Below the pieces are notes generated by a model. It worked only from the letters and a program-made list of their open reading frames with translations, was not told the DNA's origin and did not search any database. 64,000 nucleotides of DNA, from assembly GCA_963750165.1 (NCBI GenBank), contig CAVVPN010000012.1, forward strand, positions 320,001 to 384,000. The letters run 5' to 3'. The stretch's first letter is position 1. Every line of letters starts with the position of its first letter. The stretch comes from an uncultured Gemmataceae bacterium (GTDB lineage Bacteria; Planctomycetota; Planctomycetia; Gemmatales; Gemmataceae). The translations under genes and the position numbers were made by a program. Below, piece by piece: positions 60,138 through 64,000 of the stretch.

Positions 60138-61795
60138 ATGAACGAACCGTTGATTCCTGTGGACGAACCGCCGCTCCACGCCGTCGCTCCCGCTCCGCCG
60201 CGCCCCGCCCCGGTCAAACTGTCGCGTGCCACGGGCCTGCTCGGCCAGGCGCTGCAATGCCTGCCGACCTTGCTGATCCTGGCAATCCTCGGCACCGTCG
60301 GCGGCCTGGGCTATGCCTACGACTGGAAGTTGCCGAAAAAACTCTCGGAGTTGACCGGCGGCAAGCCGGACGCCGAGGAGGACAAAACCGGCTGTCAGCA
60401 GCACCCCAGCATCGAGGCCGACCAGTGCGTGCATTGCAACCCGACCTGCGCGTTTCGCTGGCCGCCGGACCGCGATTACGGCTGGTGCTCCGAGCACGGC
60501 GTCTTCAACTGTGTCCTCGACCACCCCGACCTGGCCCAGTTGCCGCAGCCTCCCGTGGTCACGCCGGAGGAGCGCGCCCGTATCGACAAGGCGCTCAAGC
60601 TGCTGCCGCGGCCCGAGAGTGACAAGAAAACCACCGTCGGGCTGAAGCGCGTGCAGCTGGCGTCGAAGGAGACCATCGAGAAGCTGGGCCTGGACTTCGC
60701 CACGGCCGAGCGCCAGCTCGTCATCGAGAGCGTCAGCGCCCCTGGGGAGATCACCTACGACCCGACGCGCGTGGCCCGGCTGGCGTCGCGGGCCCCGGGT
60801 ACGGTCTGGCGCGTGCTCAAGCAAACGGGCGACCCGGTGAAGCGCGGCGACGTGCTGGTGCTGGTCGATTCCGCGGAGGTGGGTCGGGCCAAGACTGAGT
60901 TCCTGCAGGCGCTTGTCAACTTTGAATTGAAGCGCACCCAACTCGCCCGCTGGCGCAAAGCCGAGAGCTTCGTGCCGGAGGCCACGCTGCAGCAGGCGGA
61001 GACGGCGGAGGTGGAGGCCAACTACCGGATGCAGAGCGCCGAGCAGGCGCTCATCAACCTGGACCTGCCCATCCGCGCCGCGCGCTGAAGAACCTGACGC
61101 CCGAGCAGCGCCGCGCCTGGATGCAGTTCCTCGGCCTGCCGCCTGAACTGGTCAAGCAGTTCCCGGGCCAGACGCGCACCGCCAACCTGATTCCGTTGCG
61201 GTCGCCGCTTGACGGTGTGGTTGTGGACCGCAACGTCGTCGGCGGCGAGGTCATCGACACCACGCGGCCGCTCCTGACCGTCGCCGATGTGAGCCGGCTG
61301 TGGCTGACGCTGGAGATGCGGCTGGAGGACGTGAAGTACGTCCGACTCAAGCAGGAGGTGCGCTTCAAGCCGGACGGCAGCGACGACGAGGTGAGCGGCC
61401 ACCTCGACTGGATCAGCACGCAGGCGGACCCGAAGACGCGCACCGTGGAACTGCGAGCGCCGCTGGCGAACCCGGCCGGCAAACTGCGCGACCACACCTT
61501 CGGCCTGGGCCGGGTGATCCTGCGCGCGGACGATCAGGCGGTTGTCGTGCCCAGCGACGCGGTCCACTGGGTCGGCGACAGTTTCGTGGTGTTCGTCAAG
61601 GATAAGGACTTCGACAAGGAGGGGGCTCCCAAGTTGTTCCATGTCCGCTCGGTGCGGACGGGCGGACGCACGGACGATGGCAAGACGGAAATCCTGGTCG
61701 GCCTGTTTCCCGGTGAGGTCGTGGCGACGCGCAACAGCGGCGTGCTGCGCGGCGATCTGCTGCGGGACAAGATCGGCGCGGGCGAGGCGGATTGA
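60138..61795 (+). CDS. heavy-metal RND periplasmic adaptor (CzcB/CusB-like); frameshift near 61081
   Basis: GDPVKRGD.L, LRSP.DG.V, VAD.S.LW, D..TRT, VVP..AV; N-terminal C..H...C..C.P and WC.EHG...C. Confidence 0.88.
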
Positions 61796-61804
61796 GAGCA
61801 GGGG

Positions 61805-61947
61805 TCAGTGTTCAGTCAGAAGGTGCCAGAGCGGTTCGCAGACGACTGTAGCGGTCGTGTCTTTCGTCCCGAAGGGGCGAAGAACCCGCCACACCCGAAC
61901 GCAACGCGCTCTAAAACCTTCTGACTGAACACTGAACACTGAACACT
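61805..61947. repeat. inverted repeat with CTGAACA heptamers
   Basis: TCAGTGTTCAGTCAGAAGG ... CCTTCTGACTGAACACTGAACACTGAACAC. Confidence 0.7.
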
Positions 61948-61965
61948 AAATGAGGAGAACGTCCC

Positions 61966-64000
61966 GTGCTCAACGCGATCATCGACTTCTCGCTGCGCAA
62001 CCGGCTGCTGGTGATCGTGGCGGCGCTGGGCGGCGCCGGCCTGGGGGCGTTCGCGCTGCGACACCTCGACATCGACGCCTTCCCCGACACCACGCCGGTG
62101 CAGGTGCAGGTCAACGCCTATGCGCCGGCCCTCAATACCGAGGAAATCGAGCTGCAAATCACCGTGCCCGTCGAGCAGGCCCTCGCCGGCATGCCGCACC
62201 TGATCCAGGTCCGCTCCGTCTCGCGCTTCGGCATCTCCCAGGTGGTCGTCACCTTCGCCGACGGCACCGACATCTACTTCGCCCGTCAGCAGGTCAACGA
62301 GCGACTGCAGCGCGTGCCGATGCCGCCCCACGTCGAGCGGCCGCAGATGGGCCCCGTGTCCACCGGCCTGGGCGAAATCTTTCACTACGTCGTCCGCAGC
62401 AGCAGCGGCGACATCACGGAGGCACGCACCATCCAGGACTGGATGATTAAACCCAAGTTGCGCACCGTCCAGGGTGTCGCGGAGGTCAACGGCTGGGGCG
62501 GCTTTGAGAAGCAGTACCAGATCCGCGTCGATCCACAGAAGCTGGTCAAGCACCACGTCACCTTCACGCAGGTCATGGACGCGGTCGCCGCCAGCAACCG
62601 CAACGTCGGCGGCGGCTTCGTGCGCCGCAGCAGCGAGATGATCCCCGTCCACGGCCTGGGCCGCACCGTCACCGTCGAGGAGATCAAGGCCGTGGTTATC
62701 TCGGCGCCGCGCGGCGGCGTGCCGATCCGCGTCCGCGACGTGGCCGAGGTGCAGATCGGCCACGAAATCCGCCGTGGCGCCGTCACGATGGACGGCAAGG
62801 GCGAGGTCGTGCTCGGTCTCGGCTTTTTGCTCATGGGCGAGAACAGCCACGAGGTCGCGTCCGCGCTGGACAGGAAACTCAAGGAGATCAAGCCGACGCT
62901 GCCGGCGGGCACGGACGTGCAGGTGGTCTACAACCGCACGCATGTCGTGGACGAGGTCATCGCCACGGTGCGCAAGAACCTGCTGGAAGCGGGCCTGCTG
63001 GTGATCGCGGTGCTGTTCCTGTTCCTGGGCAACCTGCGGGCGGCGCTGATCGTGGCCCTGGCCATTCCGCTGTCGCTGCTGTTCGCGTTCTGCGGCATGC
63101 TGCGTTTCGGCATCGCCGCCAGCCTGCTCAGCCTGGGCGCCATCGACTTCGGCATGGTCGTGGACAGCTCCGTCGTCATGGTCGAGAACTGCGTCCGCCA
63201 CATCGCGCACGGCGACCTCACCCGCAAGAGCAAGATGGAGATGGTTCGCGACGCCGCGGTGGAGGTGCGCAAGCCGACGCTGTTCGGCGAACTCATCATC
63301 ATGATCGTGTACCTGCCGATCCTGACGCTGGAGGGCATCGAGGGCAAGATGTACCGGCCGATGGCGCTGACGGTGATTTTCGCGCTGGCCGGCTCGATGG
63401 TGCTGTCGCTGACGTTGATGCCGGTGCTGGCGAGTCTGCTGCTGCCGCGCAGGATCACCGAACGCGAACCGCTGCTGATGCGGCTGGCCCGCATCTGCTA
63501 CGCGCCGCTGCTGCGCTTCACCCTGCACCACAAGGCGGCGGTGCTGTTGATCGCCGTCTCCGTGCTGGCGTTCGCCTTCGGCGTCGTGGCGCCGCGGCTG
63601 GGCTCGGAGTTTGTGCCGCAGATGTCCGAGGGCTCCATCGCCATCGCCATCACGCGCCTGGCGGGCACCAGTTTGGAAGATGTCGTCGAGCGCAACACGC
63701 GCATCGAAAAGGGACTGAAGGAGCAGTTCCCCGACGAGATCGAGCACGTCTGGAGCCGGGCCGGCACCGCCGAGGTGGCCACCGACCCGATGGGCATCGA
63801 GATGACCGACATGTACGTCACGCTCAAGCCACGCGATCAGTGGCATAAAGCCGCGACGCAGAAGGAGCTAACGGACCAGATCGAGGAGTTCCTGCGCGAC
63901 GTGCCGGGACACCGCATCGGCTACACGCAGCCGATCAAGATGCGCCTGGAAGAGATGATCTCCGGCGCCAAGGGGGACGTGGTGGTGAAGCTGTTCGGCG
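61966..64000 (+). CDS. czcA: CzcA/CusA heavy-metal RND permease, 5' part (runs off window; not in ORF track)
   Basis: GAGGAG RBS; (M)LNAIIDFSLRNR, IDAFPD.T.VQV, SLGAIDFG.VVD..VV.VEN, G.EGKM.RPMA. Confidence 0.92.
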   Translation, partial: MLNAIIDFSLRNRLLVIVAALGGAGLGAFALRHLDIDAFPDTTPVQVQVNAYAPALNTEEIELQITVPVEQALAGMPHLIQVRSVSRFGISQVVVTFADGTDIYFARQQVNERLQRVPMPPHVERPQMGPVSTGLGEIFHYVVRSSSGDITEARTIQDWMIKPKLRTVQGVAEVNGWGGFEKQYQIRVDPQKLVKHHVTFTQVMDAVAASNRNVGGGFVRRSSEMIPVHGLGRTVTVEEIKAVVISAPRGGVPIRVRDVAEVQIGHEIRRGAVTMDGKGEVVLGLGFLLMGENSHEVASALDRKLKEIKPTLPAGTDVQVVYNRTHVVDEVIATVRKNLLEAGLLVIAVLFLFLGNLRAALIVALAIPLSLLFAFCGMLRFGIAASLLSLGAIDFGMVVDSSVVMVENCVRHIAHGDLTRKSKMEMVRDAAVEVRKPTLFGELIIMIVYLPILTLEGIEGKMYRPMALTVIFALAGSMVLSLTLMPVLASLLLPRRITEREPLLMRLARICYAPLLRFTLHHKAAVLLIAVSVLAFAFGVVAPRLGSEFVPQMSEGSIAIAITRLAGTSLEDVVERNTRIEKGLKEQFPDEIEHVWSRAGTAEVATDPMGIEMTDMYVTLKPRDQWHKAATQKELTDQIEEFLRDVPGHRIGYTQPIKMRLEEMISGAKGDVVVKLFG

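Overview
GC-rich bacterial chromosome segment, most likely a planctomycete of the Gemmataceae type (BBP7-like beta-barrel, TIGR03067-like lipoprotein, LEPR-XLL-type N-terminus, long SecE). Bases 1-14355 hold the core tRNA(Thr,Tyr,Gly,Thr)-tuf-rpmG-tRNA(Trp)-secE-nusG-rplKAJL-rpoB-rpoC cluster on the minus strand, with four small unknown ORFs wedged between rpoB and rpoC. The rest mixes housekeeping genes (gdh, thiO, dapF, guaA, proC, Aas-like, SNF2), secreted proteins, a pair of dynamin-like GTPases and the start of a heavy-metal RND operon. Accessory structures read directly from the DNA: (i) an integron-type cassette array with four attC sites and an attI-like site but no integrase in the window (26.8-28.6 kb); (ii) a REP/REPIN-like element with ~98-bp inverted arms carrying a cassette-like cargo gene (37.8-38.5 kb); (iii) a 97-bp MITE with TTA target duplication splitting a PhyH-family gene and supplying an in-frame ATG; (iv) a duplicated promoter/RBS/start region bracketing the PhyH-TylF pair; (v) a Cys/His-rich RPPR-ending leader ORF before czcBA; (vi) many unrelated intergenic palindromes and heptamer repeats. 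About a dozen single-base frameshifts, including in rpoC and tuf, suggest uncorrected long-read errors. Family names come from motif recognition by eye, not database searches.
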